DNA of 30,229 nt from Campylobacterales bacterium. Its GTDB lineage: Bacteria > Campylobacterota > Campylobacteria > Campylobacterales > Sulfurimonadaceae. The stretch is from assembly GCA_038205935.1 (NCBI GenBank), contig JBBRBK010000021.1, forward strand, positions 1 through 30,229, given 5' to 3'. The position numbers were made by a program, and so were the translations under genes. Positions 1-9,008 of the stretch are shown piece by piece; within the stretch, counting starts at the first letter, position 1, and each line of letters starts with the position of its first letter. The notes under the pieces are model-generated. The model searched no databases, was not told the DNA's origin, and saw only the letters and a list, made by a program, of their open reading frames with translations.

Positions 1-703
1 GTGCAGAGTGAAGTATAGCGTGTAAAAGCGGAGTATTGCCTTTGGTGTCTTTTTCATCTATATTAAGCCCTTTGTTAAAAAGATAGCTCATAAGTTTAAT
101 ATTTCCACCGAGCACTGCAGTATACATGTAAGACTGAGAAAGTGCATTTTTTTGAAATAATTGTGTCTTATTTTGGATATTTTTTGATAGTTCATAAAGT
201 TTCGCTTGCTGTATAGATGCTAAAACAGTATGATATTGCAGTGGAATCTGTGTTGTTAATTTAAGCAGTTGTATACTTTTTTTATCTTCATAATCAAATG
301 CATATTCTAAAGGTGAAAGATTTTTATCATCTTTTAGGAAGGGATTTGCTCCATACTTTAAGAGTAAGTAGATAAGTTCATAAAGACAAAGATTTACGGC
401 AAAGTGCAGAGCTGTTCTTTTGTTTTTATCGGAGATATTGATATCAGCCCCATTTTCTAAAAGTAGATTGATACAATCAACACGATTATGTATGGTCGCA
501 TAAATGATAGCTGGAATATGGTGTGAACTTTGTAAATCTACGTCATATCCGTTATAGATCTTTTCTTGGATTCTTACAGTGTTATTTTGCTCAATTGCTT
601 TGTATATTTTTTTTTCAGGATGCTCCACAATATTTGTTTCATATGAATGATGAAGTGATGTTTTGAGTATAAGAGCACTTTGCAGTCTTTGCATAAATGG
701 CAT
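1..703 (-). CDS. Ankyrin repeat protein (3' end runs off the window)
   Basis: Manual translation, not in ORF track. ATG at 703-701 after AAGGA-N6. Reads MPFMQRLQSALILK...IPAIIYATIHNRVDCINLLLENGADINISDKNKRTALHFAVNLCLYELIYLLLKYGANPFLKDDKNLSPLEYA...KGLNIDEKDTKGNTPLLHAILHSA, open to base 1. Several TPLH/LLxxGAD ankyrin repeats. Confidence 0.9.
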   Translation of the reverse strand, partial: MPFMQRLQSALILKTSLHHSYETNIVEHPEKKIYKAIEQNNTVRIQEKIYNGYDVDLQSSHHIPAIIYATIHNRVDCINLLLENGADINISDKNKRTALHFAVNLCLYELIYLLLKYGANPFLKDDKNLSPLEYAFDYEDKKSIQLLKLTTQIPLQYHTVLASIQQAKLYELSKNIQNKTQLFQKNALSQSYMYTAVLGGNIKLMSYLFNKGLNIDEKDTKGNTPLLHAILHSA

Positions 704-813
704 AAAAAATCCTTACATGTAGCGTTAAAGTATAGTATCGGAATTTTTTTAAATAAAATGAAAAAAGGGAAGTTAAAGTGAGTTTTGAAGTTTTTGAGTG
801 CAACAATTTTCAT

Positions 814-1839
814 CTAGTCTTTATATTCAATTCTATTACGTCCAAGCTCTTTTGCTTTATATAACGCTTCATCAGCATTTGTAAATAGTTCATTTTTAGT
901 CTGTGCCAGATTAAACTCGGCAACTCCAAAGCTACATGTAATAAAGATGCCATTATCGAAATCAATTTGCATTATGATTTGTCTTAGTTTTTCACAAATC
1001 TCAATTGCGCTATGTAAATCAGTCTCAGGGAGCAGTAATGCAAACTCTTCTCCACCCCAGCGACAGATAAAGTCATTTATCCTCAACTCCTTTTTGACTG
1101 TCAAACTAAGTTTCTTTAAAACTTCATCTCCTACGTTATGTCCATATGTATCATTGACATTTTTAAAAAGGTCAATATCAAATATAACAAATGAAAGATT
1201 GTGTCTATATCGTAGTGATCTTGCAATCTCTTTTTCTATCTCTATCTCAAATTTTCTTCTATTTGCTATTTGGGTTAGTGCATCGGTAACAGATAAATAT
1301 TCAACCTCTTTAATCTTATTTTCTAGCTCAATATTTTTCTTTTCTAACTCTACATTTTTCTCTTTAAGTAGTTTTTCTAATGATAGATTACCTTCCTGTA
1401 GAAGTTGATTCTTTTGAATCAGATCATTTTGTGCCATTTTTTGTAAGTGAATATTATGATGAGCACCTATCATGCGTGCTACACTTTCATCTTCATTATA
1501 TTCTACAATCATGCCACGATCAGTTATCCACAAATAGCTTCCATCGGCTTTTTTACATCTGTATTCAATCTCATAATTATTGATTTTTCCACTTATATAC
1601 AGTTCGAAGTGTTTCATAACAAGAGGATAGTCATCAGGATGAATAATATTTTCCCATGTAAATACGTCTTGCAAAAATGTATCATTCTCATACCCAAGCA
1701 TTGTGTACCAGCTAGGACTTCTATGGACACTTCCTGTATTTGCATTCCAATCCCATGTACCTTCTAAAATGATCTTAAGTATGCAGTTTAGTGTGTAATC
1801 CGACTCTTTTACATTAGTGTGTTTGTACGCAAAATTCAT
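814..1839 (-). CDS. PAS (PAS_3-like)-coiled coil-GGDEF diguanylate cyclase
   Basis: N-terminal PAS motifs (GTWDWN, IHPDD, EYRCKKADGSYLWI); DALTQIANRR; DIDLFKNVNDTYGH; RINDFICRWGGEEF with intact GGEEF active site and RxxD I-site. Confidence 0.92.
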   Translation of the reverse strand: MNFAYKHTNVKESDYTLNCILKIILEGTWDWNANTGSVHRSPSWYTMLGYENDTFLQDVFTWENIIHPDDYPLVMKHFELYISGKINNYEIEYRCKKADGSYLWITDRGMIVEYNEDESVARMIGAHHNIHLQKMAQNDLIQKNQLLQEGNLSLEKLLKEKNVELEKKNIELENKIKEVEYLSVTDALTQIANRRKFEIEIEKEIARSLRYRHNLSFVIFDIDLFKNVNDTYGHNVGDEVLKKLSLTVKKELRINDFICRWGGEEFALLLPETDLHSAIEICEKLRQIIMQIDFDNGIFITCSFGVAEFNLAQTKNELFTNADEALYKAKELGRNRIEYKD

Positions 1840-1988
1840 TATAAATTCTTTAAACCTGAGATGAAATCGATGACTATATCTGGGATTATATCTTCTTTAA
1901 GATCTTTTTTCATAAGTTTTCTTGTTTTAGCCAAGGTCGATAGAGTAGGTGCGGAGTTTATATTATAGATTTGAAAGAAGATAGATTG

Positions 1989-2010
1989 AAAAGTCCCCAA
2001 TAAAGGGGAC
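1989..2010 (-). terminator. Rho-independent terminator of the rpsF-ssb-rpsR operon
   Basis: Minus strand GTCCCC-tttatt-GGGGAC followed by TTTT, 8 nt past the rpsR stop. Confidence 0.75.
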
Positions 2011-2018
2011 AATACTAC

Positions 2019-2282
2019 TTAACGTAGGTTTTCGAAAGGTGCAGTTACAACTGCTTTACGAGTTACAGTATATGGAACTAATGCCGCAGCACGAGCACGC
2101 TTGATAACTGTAGAGATCATATCTTGGTGACGTTTACAGTTACCTGTTAAACGACGTGGCATAATTTTGTAACGCTCTGAAAGAGAGAAACGTAGAGATG
2201 CAACATCTTTATAATCCATGAAGTCTGTTTTTGCTTCACAATATTTACAAAATCTTTTTTTGTATTTTCTTTTTTCTGCCAT
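2019..2282 (-). CDS. rpsR: 30S ribosomal protein S18
   Basis: RFCKYC...DYKD...[19 protein letters not shown]...[12 protein letters not shown]; position in the rpsF-ssb-rpsR operon. Confidence 0.98.
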   Translation of the reverse strand: MAEKRKYKKRFCKYCEAKTDFMDYKDVASLRFSLSERYKIMPRRLTGNCKRHQDMISTVIKRARAAALVPYTVTRKAVVTAPFENLR

Positions 2283-2304
2283 AGTGTTTTCCTTCTGTTA
2301 TTTT

Positions 2305-2850
2305 CTAAAATGGAATTTCGTCTTCATCGATATCGATGACCGGAATATTTTGCTCAGGCATCATTTTTCTTGGCTGTTGTGCAGGCTGTTGGCGAGCTGG
2401 TTCAGCATATTTTTGCTGAGGTGCGCTACTGCCGCCGTATGCTTGAGCCGGCTGAGAATAACTTTGAGGTTGCGTGTAATCTTGGTCGATATCTCCACCA
2501 ACATAACTACCAGCTCCGCTATTGTCTCCCTTGGAATCAAGCATCTGCATAGTTTCAACAGTTACTGAATGCTTTGAGCGTTTTTGTCCGTTTTGATCTA
2601 CCCATTGCTCCAATGTCAGTCTTCCCTCAACTAGGATTTTACTCCCTTTACGAAGGTACTGGTTTGCAACTTCGGCACTACGGCCAAAGAAAGTGATATC
2701 AACAAAACATACTTCCTCTTTTTTCTCTCCGTTAGTCGAGAATTTACGAGATGTAGCTATAGCAGCTTTTGCTATACCCATGCCTGTTTGTGAGTATCTA
2801 AGTTCGATGTCACGAGTTAAGTTTCCTACCAGTATGACTTTATTAAACAT
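2305..2850 (-). CDS. ssb: Single-stranded DNA-binding protein
   Basis: MFNKVILVGNLTRDIELRY OB fold; acidic C-terminal tail DEDEIPF. Confidence 0.98.
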   Translation of the reverse strand: MFNKVILVGNLTRDIELRYSQTGMGIAKAAIATSRKFSTNGEKKEEVCFVDITFFGRSAEVANQYLRKGSKILVEGRLTLEQWVDQNGQKRSKHSVTVETMQMLDSKGDNSGAGSYVGGDIDQDYTQPQSYSQPAQAYGGSSAPQQKYAEPARQQPAQQPRKMMPEQNIPVIDIDEDEIPF

Positions 2851-2867
2851 GAATAGTTCCTCTTAAA

Positions 2868-3269
2868 TTACGCTTCTGTTGCTTCAGGAGCAGCTACTGC
2901 TACTTCTTCTTCTCTAACAGGAGCAGCTTTTCTTGGGTTGTTAACTTTATCAACAAGTTGATTCCAAGCTGTTACTTCACGTTTTGTATCATATTTGATA
3001 GTCACGAAACGTAAAAGTTCTTCGTTAATTCTAAAACGTCTTTCGATTTCGCTGATTGTAGCTGGTTCGATTGTGTAGTAGATTACATAAAAGTATCCAC
3101 GCTCATTTTTAGCAATAGGGTAAGCAAGTTTGCGAATTCCCATTACGTCACGCGCAGAAATTTCTCCGCCGTTTGATGTGATCACTTCTTCAACAGCTGC
3201 AATAGTGTTTTTGATCTCTTCTTCAGTTAGTGTCGGTTTTACGATTACTAGGTTTTCGTAATGTCTCAT
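2868..3269 (-). CDS. rpsF: 30S ribosomal protein S6
   Basis: MRHYENLVIVKP...GIRKLAYPIAKNERGYF...RINEELLRF. Confidence 0.98.
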   Translation of the reverse strand: MRHYENLVIVKPTLTEEEIKNTIAAVEEVITSNGGEISARDVMGIRKLAYPIAKNERGYFYVIYYTIEPATISEIERRFRINEELLRFVTIKYDTKREVTAWNQLVDKVNNPRKAAPVREEEVAVAAPEATEA

Positions 3270-3370
3270 AGAGTATAGTCTCCCCTTGGAATATAGGCCT
3301 TAAATTAGGCTTTTGTTTCCCTTTCGGATATCAATACATCACATCATTGTGTGATACAAAGAGAAAGGAA
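3270..3370 (-). promoter_or_regulatory. Structured rpsF 5' leader, putative S6:S18 autoregulatory RNA
   Basis: Leader of about 100 nt: UUCCUUUC can pair with GAAAGGGAA, enclosing the hairpin AUCACA/UGUGAU and an unpaired AUCCG. CCG is the S6:S18-leader hallmark. SD GGGGAG precedes the ATG. Confidence 0.5.
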
Positions 3371-3376
3371 CGCGCA

Positions 3377-3382
3377 ATTATA
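3377..3382 (-). promoter_or_regulatory. Sigma70-type -10 box of the rpsF operon
   Basis: Perfect TATAAT on the minus strand immediately upstream of the structured leader. Confidence 0.65.
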
Positions 3383-3486
3383 CAAAAAGTTCACTTAATC
3401 CTTCTTTTACTCAAAATTGATCTTAAATCAGTTGCAAAATGAAATACTAAGTCGTTTGTAATCTCAATTTCGCTCTAATACGCCTT

Positions 3487-4680
3487 ATGAAAAAGAAAAG
3501 AATAATTAAAAGTAAAGACTCTACTAATAAGAGATTGAAAATTTTTACGTGGGGTGCTATTGCTGTCTTGGCACTCATCGGTTTTATTGGGCTGGGTTAT
3601 TATGTAGGTTATGTAGATGGTTCAAAATACACTGACACAGGAAGTTCAAGACACAAAGAGTCGAATCTATCTGAGTCATCTTCACATGTAACTTCTCCTC
3701 AAGCCTTACCTGAAAAAGTGGATGAGCCAAAAGTTGTAACTTCAAAAGAGTCTCCAAAAACTCCAGATCTATCAAAAAGCGCTCAAAATATCTCGTCTAA
3801 ACAAGAAGAAGATATAAAAGAAAGACTTAAAATTGTTTTAAATGAAGAAAAAAATAAATATGTGATCAAAGGTGCTTCACATGAATATGAAGAAAGTCCA
3901 GAGGAGATAAATAAACCAATTAAAATAGAAAAAAAAGTTCCAAAAAAATTAGAGCACCCTCCAAAAAAAGTTGAAAAAACTCCAAAGAAAATTCAGCATA
4001 TAGCAGTCAAAGAAAGTAGTGATAAAGAAACATTCAGTGGTAAACCTAAACTTGCCATTATTATAGATGATGTCTCATTCTCGCAAGAAGTAAAAGCAAT
4101 CAAAAAACTCGATTTAACTGTAACTATGTCTTTCTTACCGCCAAATGCGATACATCCTGATTCAGCACTGTTAGCTTCAAAAGAATCTTTTTATATGGTG
4201 CATTTGCCGATGGAAGCTGTGAGTTTTAATGCTACTGAACCCATTACCTTAAAAGTAGGGGATTCTCAGGCAGTGATTTCTCAGCGTGTGGATGAGGTTG
4301 TGAAGCTATTTCCAAGAGTAAAATATCTTAATAATCATACAGGAAGTAAATTTACTTCTGATGAAGTTGCTATGAATAGGTTGATCTTTGCACTCAACGC
4401 GCATAATATAGAGTTTATAGACAGTCGCACGATTGCTCAGACGAAAGCTCCAAAAGTTATGAAAGCCAATGGAGAAAGATATATAGGTAGAGATGTATTT
4501 TTAGACCACACGATGAATGTGGAGTATGTAAAAAAACAGATACAAGAGGCAGTGAAAGTTGCTAAGTCAAAAGGATACGCTGTGGCAATAGGCCATCCAC
4601 ATCCAAACACGCTTGAAGCACTTCGCGAGTCTAAAGAGTTACTTTCTCAAGTTGAGTTAGTGCAGATAAATAAGATATAA
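3487..4680 (+). CDS. Divergent polysaccharide deacetylase family protein (YibQ-like), N-terminal membrane anchor
   Basis: N-terminal TM helix; low-complexity Lys/Pro/Ser linker; motifs KLAIIIDD, MVHLPME, NNHTGSKFT, FIDSRT, RDVFLD, AIGHPHPNTL. Confidence 0.92.
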   Translation: MKKKRIIKSKDSTNKRLKIFTWGAIAVLALIGFIGLGYYVGYVDGSKYTDTGSSRHKESNLSESSSHVTSPQALPEKVDEPKVVTSKESPKTPDLSKSAQNISSKQEEDIKERLKIVLNEEKNKYVIKGASHEYEESPEEINKPIKIEKKVPKKLEHPPKKVEKTPKKIQHIAVKESSDKETFSGKPKLAIIIDDVSFSQEVKAIKKLDLTVTMSFLPPNAIHPDSALLASKESFYMVHLPMEAVSFNATEPITLKVGDSQAVISQRVDEVVKLFPRVKYLNNHTGSKFTSDEVAMNRLIFALNAHNIEFIDSRTIAQTKAPKVMKANGERYIGRDVFLDHTMNVEYVKKQIQEAVKVAKSKGYAVAIGHPHPNTLEALRESKELLSQVELVQINKI

Positions 4681-4691
4681 AAGAGGAAGAG

Positions 4692-5471
4692 ATGAGAGGC
4701 ACTATTAGAGAAAAAATAGAAGCACTTTCACTTATGAAAAAATATCCACAAACTCTTCAATACAGCGGTAATCTTGCACTTTTAGAGAAAAAGAAAATTT
4801 CTATAGTCGGAAGCCGAAAACCCTCGCAATATACAAAAATAATGACACATAATTTGAGTCTTGCACTTTCTAAAGCCGGTATATGCATAGTTAGCGGTGG
4901 TGCGATGGGAGTTGATGCCATCGCACATAATGGAGCAAAAAGTTCAAATACCATCGCAGTCTTACCAAATGGACTGAATCATAAATATCCCGCAATAAAT
5001 AAAAATCTACTCTCATCTATAGAAAAAGATGGACTTCTTTTGAGTCAGTTTGATGATGCTTTTAAAGCTACACCTTGGAGTTTTGTTGTGAGAAATGAAC
5101 TCGTTGTTGCACTTGGCGATGTTTTAGTAGTGAGTGAAGCAGAACTTGGAAGTGGCAGTATGAGAAGCATAGAGTTTGCTCTGGAAATGGGCAAAAAAAT
5201 CTATGTACTTCCTCATCGCATTGGTGAAAGTTCTGCGACAAACCGCTTGCTTCAAGAGGGCAAAGCGGAAGCGATTTATGATATTGAACACTTTGTAGCA
5301 GAGATAAGTGATTTTACAGGTAAAGACAAAATCGAAGATGAATTTATAGAGTTTTGTAAATCTACTCCTACCTATGATGAAGCGATGGCGCAGTATGGCG
5401 AAAAATTGTTTGAATACGAACTAGATGGAATTATAGAGATAAGACACGGAAGAGTTTTTCTAAACGGGTAA
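4692..5471 (+). CDS. dprA: DNA-processing protein DprA (short Campylobacterota type)
   Basis: SIVGSRK, IVSGGAMGVDAIAH, FVVRNELVVAL, EAELGSGS. Confidence 0.95.
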   Translation: MRGTIREKIEALSLMKKYPQTLQYSGNLALLEKKKISIVGSRKPSQYTKIMTHNLSLALSKAGICIVSGGAMGVDAIAHNGAKSSNTIAVLPNGLNHKYPAINKNLLSSIEKDGLLLSQFDDAFKATPWSFVVRNELVVALGDVLVVSEAELGSGSMRSIEFALEMGKKIYVLPHRIGESSATNRLLQEGKAEAIYDIEHFVAEISDFTGKDKIEDEFIEFCKSTPTYDEAMAQYGEKLFEYELDGIIEIRHGRVFLNG

Positions 5472-5481
5472 TTTGCTATGA

Positions 5482-6513
5482 CTATATAATAAGCATAGCA
5501 TCGCCATATGAATAAAAACGGTATTTATGAAGAGTCGCTTCTTCATATAAAGCAAGTGCTTTTTCTACACCGACAAAAGAAGCTACAAGCATTAAAAGTG
5601 TTGATTTTGGCAAGTGAAAGTTTGTGAGAAGATGATTTACACGTTGTGGTTTGTTGTTTGGGTGAAGGAAAAGATTGGCCTCTCCATGAGTTTTTTTTCC
5701 ATACTGAACATAATACTCTATTGTTCTTGTGGAGGTTGTTCCTACACAAAGTATCGGCGTATCTGAGGAAATCAACACTTCCGCTTCTTTTGAAATATTA
5801 TAGTACTCGCTATGCATCGGGTGCTTTAAGATCTCTTTTTCTTCTACAGGTTTGAAAGTTCCAGCGCCTACATGTAAGGTCACATAAGCGTGTTTAAACT
5901 CTTTACAAATTCTCTCATGTTGCTCTTTTGTAAAATGAAGGGAAGCTGTAGGTGCAGCCACTGCGCCCTCATAGGAAGCAAAAACACTTTGGTAATCCGC
6001 TTCATCCTCTTTGCCGTCTTCACGCCCGAGATAGGGAGGTAGTGGAATATGACCTATTTTTTCGATGATAGGAAGTAACTCCTCAAATCTCAAGATAGTT
6101 TCATTTTGAAAAAACTCTACATCTCTGGAGCCATCTTCATGGAGTCTAAGAAGCTTTGCATAAAGATTTTCATTAAAGAAGATTTTCATATCGACTTTAA
6201 CTTTTCCTCGTATATAGACATTTATCTCAGTTGCATTTAAAGGTCTGTTTATAAGTAGTTCGATCTTGCCTCCACTCTCTTTTGTCCCATACAAACGTGC
6301 TTTGATGACTTTTGTGTCATTAAAAATAAGTGCACTGTTTTTTGGTATATATTTTTCAAGTTCATAAAAATAGGTATGGGTGATTGTGTTGGAAGTTCTG
6401 TCATATACTAGCATCTTTGCGTTATCGCGAGGTTCTACGGGATGAGTTGCTATGAGTTCACTTGGGAGTGTGAAATCATAGCTAGAAGTTAAAAGAGGAT
6501 CGAGTTTATTCAC
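5482..6513 (-). CDS. queA: S-adenosylmethionine:tRNA ribosyltransferase-isomerase
   Basis: YDFTLPSELIA, FNDTKVIKARL, PLPPY, AAPTASLHF, TLHVGAGTF, TNFHLPKSTL, YRFYSYGDAM. Confidence 0.98.
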   Translation of the reverse strand: MNKLDPLLTSSYDFTLPSELIATHPVEPRDNAKMLVYDRTSNTITHTYFYELEKYIPKNSALIFNDTKVIKARLYGTKESGGKIELLINRPLNATEINVYIRGKVKVDMKIFFNENLYAKLLRLHEDGSRDVEFFQNETILRFEELLPIIEKIGHIPLPPYLGREDGKEDEADYQSVFASYEGAVAAPTASLHFTKEQHERICKEFKHAYVTLHVGAGTFKPVEEKEILKHPMHSEYYNISKEAEVLISSDTPILCVGTTSTRTIEYYVQYGKKTHGEANLFLHPNNKPQRVNHLLTNFHLPKSTLLMLVASFVGVEKALALYEEATLHKYRFYSYGDAMLII

Positions 6514-7378
6514 TCTTAGGATTTTCCTCTTTTGGCTCTATCTTTTTTGTTTCCTCTTTTTGTTCTATTTGTTCGTTTTTTTCTTCTTCTTTCTCTTCTT
6601 CTTTCTCTTCTTCTGTGTCATCTTCTTTTTCTTCTTCTAGTTTAGAAGCTGGATTAACAAATCTTACGATAAGAATCGAGATACCATACAAGATGATAAG
6701 AGGGATTGCCATAAGCATCTGCGTCATAACATCTGGAGGTGTAAGTAAAGCTGCAATAATAAATATCAAAACAACTGCATATCGGAAAAAATCTATCAGC
6801 GTTCTATCTGTAATAAAACCTAAAAGAGCAAGAAAATATGCAAAGATAGGAAGTTCAAAAGCGATTCCAAATCCAAACATGATCTTCGTAAAAAATCCTA
6901 CATAATCCTCGATGTTGATCATAGGGGTAAAGGTAAAACTACCAAAGGTGATAAGGAAGGTGAAACCAAAGGGCGTAACCACATAGTAAGCAAAGGCAAC
7001 ACCAACAGCGAACATAAAAGTGCCACCAAATACGAAAGGAATAAGCATCTTTTTCTCATTATTATACAAACCAGGTGCTATAAAAAGCCATATTTGAGAA
7101 AGTATAATAGGTAAAGCAGCAACAATGGCAGCAAAAAATGAAACTTTCATAGCGACAAAGAAGGCTCCGCCGACTTGGTTTGTCGTCATCATCCCTTTTG
7201 CAGCCAATGGTGAGACTTTTCCAACATCTACAAGTGCATCATGAAGCGGTGCTGTCATCCATTCGAGAAGGGGCTGGTTGTAGGTAAACATAGCCATAAA
7301 AATAACGATAAAAGCAACTACGGAAATGGTAAGGCGTTTTCTGAGTTCTATGAGGTGCGGTTTTAAGTCTTCAAGCAT
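6506..7378 (-). CDS. tatC: Twin-arginine translocase subunit TatC
   Basis: HLIELRKRL, WLFIAPGLY, FELP, LTPPD; multiple TM helices; acidic C-terminal tail. Confidence 0.97.
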   Translation of the reverse strand: MLEDLKPHLIELRKRLTISVVAFIVIFMAMFTYNQPLLEWMTAPLHDALVDVGKVSPLAAKGMMTTNQVGGAFFVAMKVSFFAAIVAALPIILSQIWLFIAPGLYNNEKKMLIPFVFGGTFMFAVGVAFAYYVVTPFGFTFLITFGSFTFTPMINIEDYVGFFTKIMFGFGIAFELPIFAYFLALLGFITDRTLIDFFRYAVVLIFIIAALLTPPDVMTQMLMAIPLIILYGISILIVRFVNPASKLEEEKEDDTEEEKEEEKEEEKNEQIEQKEETKKIEPKEENPKSE

Positions 7379-7779
7379 TAAATATTCTCTTCTTTAGGTT
7401 TTATCTCTTTTTTTGTGAAAGTTATCTCTTCAGCTTTAGGGAGTTCAGGAGTGTTTGCAGAAACTTCTTGAGGTTGTTTTGGAAGCTGTTTTTCTACAGA
7501 AACTTCATAAAGTTCTTTTTGAATGTTGGTAATAGGGTTGACACTTTTGATTTCGTCAGATGCTCGCATCAACTCATCTTTATATGCAAGTGCTTCACTT
7601 TTGAGGTCAGAGAGATGTAATTCTGATTCGATTGAGTCTTTTGCACTTGATATTGCACTTTTTACTTTTTTAAACGTTTTTGCAATCTGCACCATTGTTT
7701 CAGGGAGCTTATCAGGACCCAAAAATATAATAGCGATAACAGCAATTAAAAATAATTCACCAAACCCCATACCAAACAT
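7378..7779 (-). CDS. tatB: Twin-arginine translocase subunit TatB
   Basis: MFGMGFGELFLIAVIAIIFLGPDKLP; directly upstream of tatC. Confidence 0.93.
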   Translation of the reverse strand: MFGMGFGELFLIAVIAIIFLGPDKLPETMVQIAKTFKKVKSAISSAKDSIESELHLSDLKSEALAYKDELMRASDEIKSVNPITNIQKELYEVSVEKQLPKQPQEVSANTPELPKAEEITFTKKEIKPKEENI

Positions 7780-7845
7780 ATTATTTCCTCTAAATTTTTT
7801 GTGATTGTATCTTATATCAGTTTTAAATTCACTTACGGGATTCTA

Positions 7846-8901
7846 TCAGTTTAAGATAAATAAGGCTATCTCATCACTTAAAAGATACTCTTTATTATAA
7901 AATCTGTTACCAACTTTAGTCAGTTTTTCTTCGTCAAGTAAAATATTCGCTCTTTTTAACTCATCAGTGTTTAAAATAGTTTCATCCACACCGACAACAC
8001 TGCGCAAACCTAAAAACAGTTTTTCAGATTTTTGTTCCTCTTCATTTAAAATCTCTTCTCTTACATGTAAAGGATTTTGAATATAAAAATCTATGTCGCT
8101 CGAAGGATAATATCTCACTCCATCTTTAGCACCCACAGCGCCGCTTCCCGCACCGATATAATTTTTGTACTGCCAGTATCCAAGATTATGACGACTTTGG
8201 TAGGTTCCAAAGTTAGAGATCTCATACTGAGTAAATCCTTGTTTTTTGATACTCTCAAAAACAAAGTTCGTAAGAGAAAGCTTTTCTTTCGCCACTTGCG
8301 GAGTTTTCTCAAAAGGAGTGCCCTCTTCGATGGTCAGGGCATATGCGCTGAGATGGTTGATTGGCAGAGAAAAAGCCTGTTTCAAGTCTGTCTCTAAAAG
8401 CTCTTTTGTGTCCAATACCGTTGCATAGATCAGATCAAGAGAGATGTTCTTTATGCCTACATGGTAGGCATCATTAACAGCGCGGATAGCATCTTTACTA
8501 TTATGAGCACGATTGAGGAATTTTAGTTTTTCATCATTAAAACTCTGTACTCCAAAACTGATGCGGTTGACTCCCAGATCTTTCATCCCCTCTATCCAAG
8601 AATGCGTCGCACTGTTTGGATTTGCTTCTGTAGTTATCTCAATATCATCCATAAAATAAGGCTTTAAAAGATCAAAAAGTGGTTTGTAAAGTTCGGGTGA
8701 AACAGTTGAGGGCGTTCCTCCGCCGATAAAAAAAGTTTCTATACTTTTTTCTTTGGCATCAAATCTTTTGAGTTCGAATTTGAGTTGCTCTAAAAGAGCC
8801 TTCATATAATCTTCTCTGAGTTGAAATTTATCAACATAAGAGTTAAAAGAGCAATAAGAGCATTTGGAGTCGCAAAATGGGATATGTATATATAGTAGCA
8901 T
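7846..8901 (-). CDS. hemW: Radical SAM heme chaperone HemW (HemN-like)
   Basis: LYIHIPFCDSKCSYCSF (CxxxCxxC), GGGTPS, EANP, YEISNF, HNLGYW (the HNxxYW motif typical of HemW). Confidence 0.88.
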   Translation of the reverse strand: MLLYIHIPFCDSKCSYCSFNSYVDKFQLREDYMKALLEQLKFELKRFDAKEKSIETFFIGGGTPSTVSPELYKPLFDLLKPYFMDDIEITTEANPNSATHSWIEGMKDLGVNRISFGVQSFNDEKLKFLNRAHNSKDAIRAVNDAYHVGIKNISLDLIYATVLDTKELLETDLKQAFSLPINHLSAYALTIEEGTPFEKTPQVAKEKLSLTNFVFESIKKQGFTQYEISNFGTYQSRHNLGYWQYKNYIGAGSGAVGAKDGVRYYPSSDIDFYIQNPLHVREEILNEEEQKSEKLFLGLRSVVGVDETILNTDELKRANILLDEEKLTKVGNRFYNKEYLLSDEIALFILN

Positions 8902-8920
8902 CCGAAATTATAACTAAAAG

Positions 8921-8939
8921 TGTCAAGAAAATGTCAAGA
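8921..8939 (+). promoter_or_regulatory. Direct repeat TGTCAAGA-N3-TGTCAAGA, probable OmpR/PhoB-family binding site
   Basis: Two exact 8-mers at 8921-8928 and 8932-8939 (11-bp period), about 30 nt upstream of a CATAAT -10-like box (8971-8976) for the cytochrome operon. Confidence 0.6.
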
Positions 8940-9008
8940 GAGTGTGCAGAGCGGCTTGATTGTTTTGGGTCATAATTTGAATCGTAGAAATAATTTCAGG
9001 AGTAAGTT

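Noticed and set aside
574..813. 79-aa ORF in the track, and a possible frameshift at the A9 run (607-615) of the ankyrin gene
   Set aside because: The ankyrin frame is open from ATG 703 through the A9 run with a good SD. The 79-aa ORF is an off-frame shadow, so there is no pseudogene or frameshift.
3915..3995. Repeated CCAAAAAAA / PKK units in the deacetylase linker
   Set aside because: Lys/Pro-rich disordered linker; frame intact, and no poly-G/C tract of the phase-variable type.
6581..6613. Imperfect 12-bp tandem repeat encoding EEEK x3 in the TatC tail
   Set aside because: Low-complexity acidic tail; short, in frame and unlikely to be functional as a DNA repeat.
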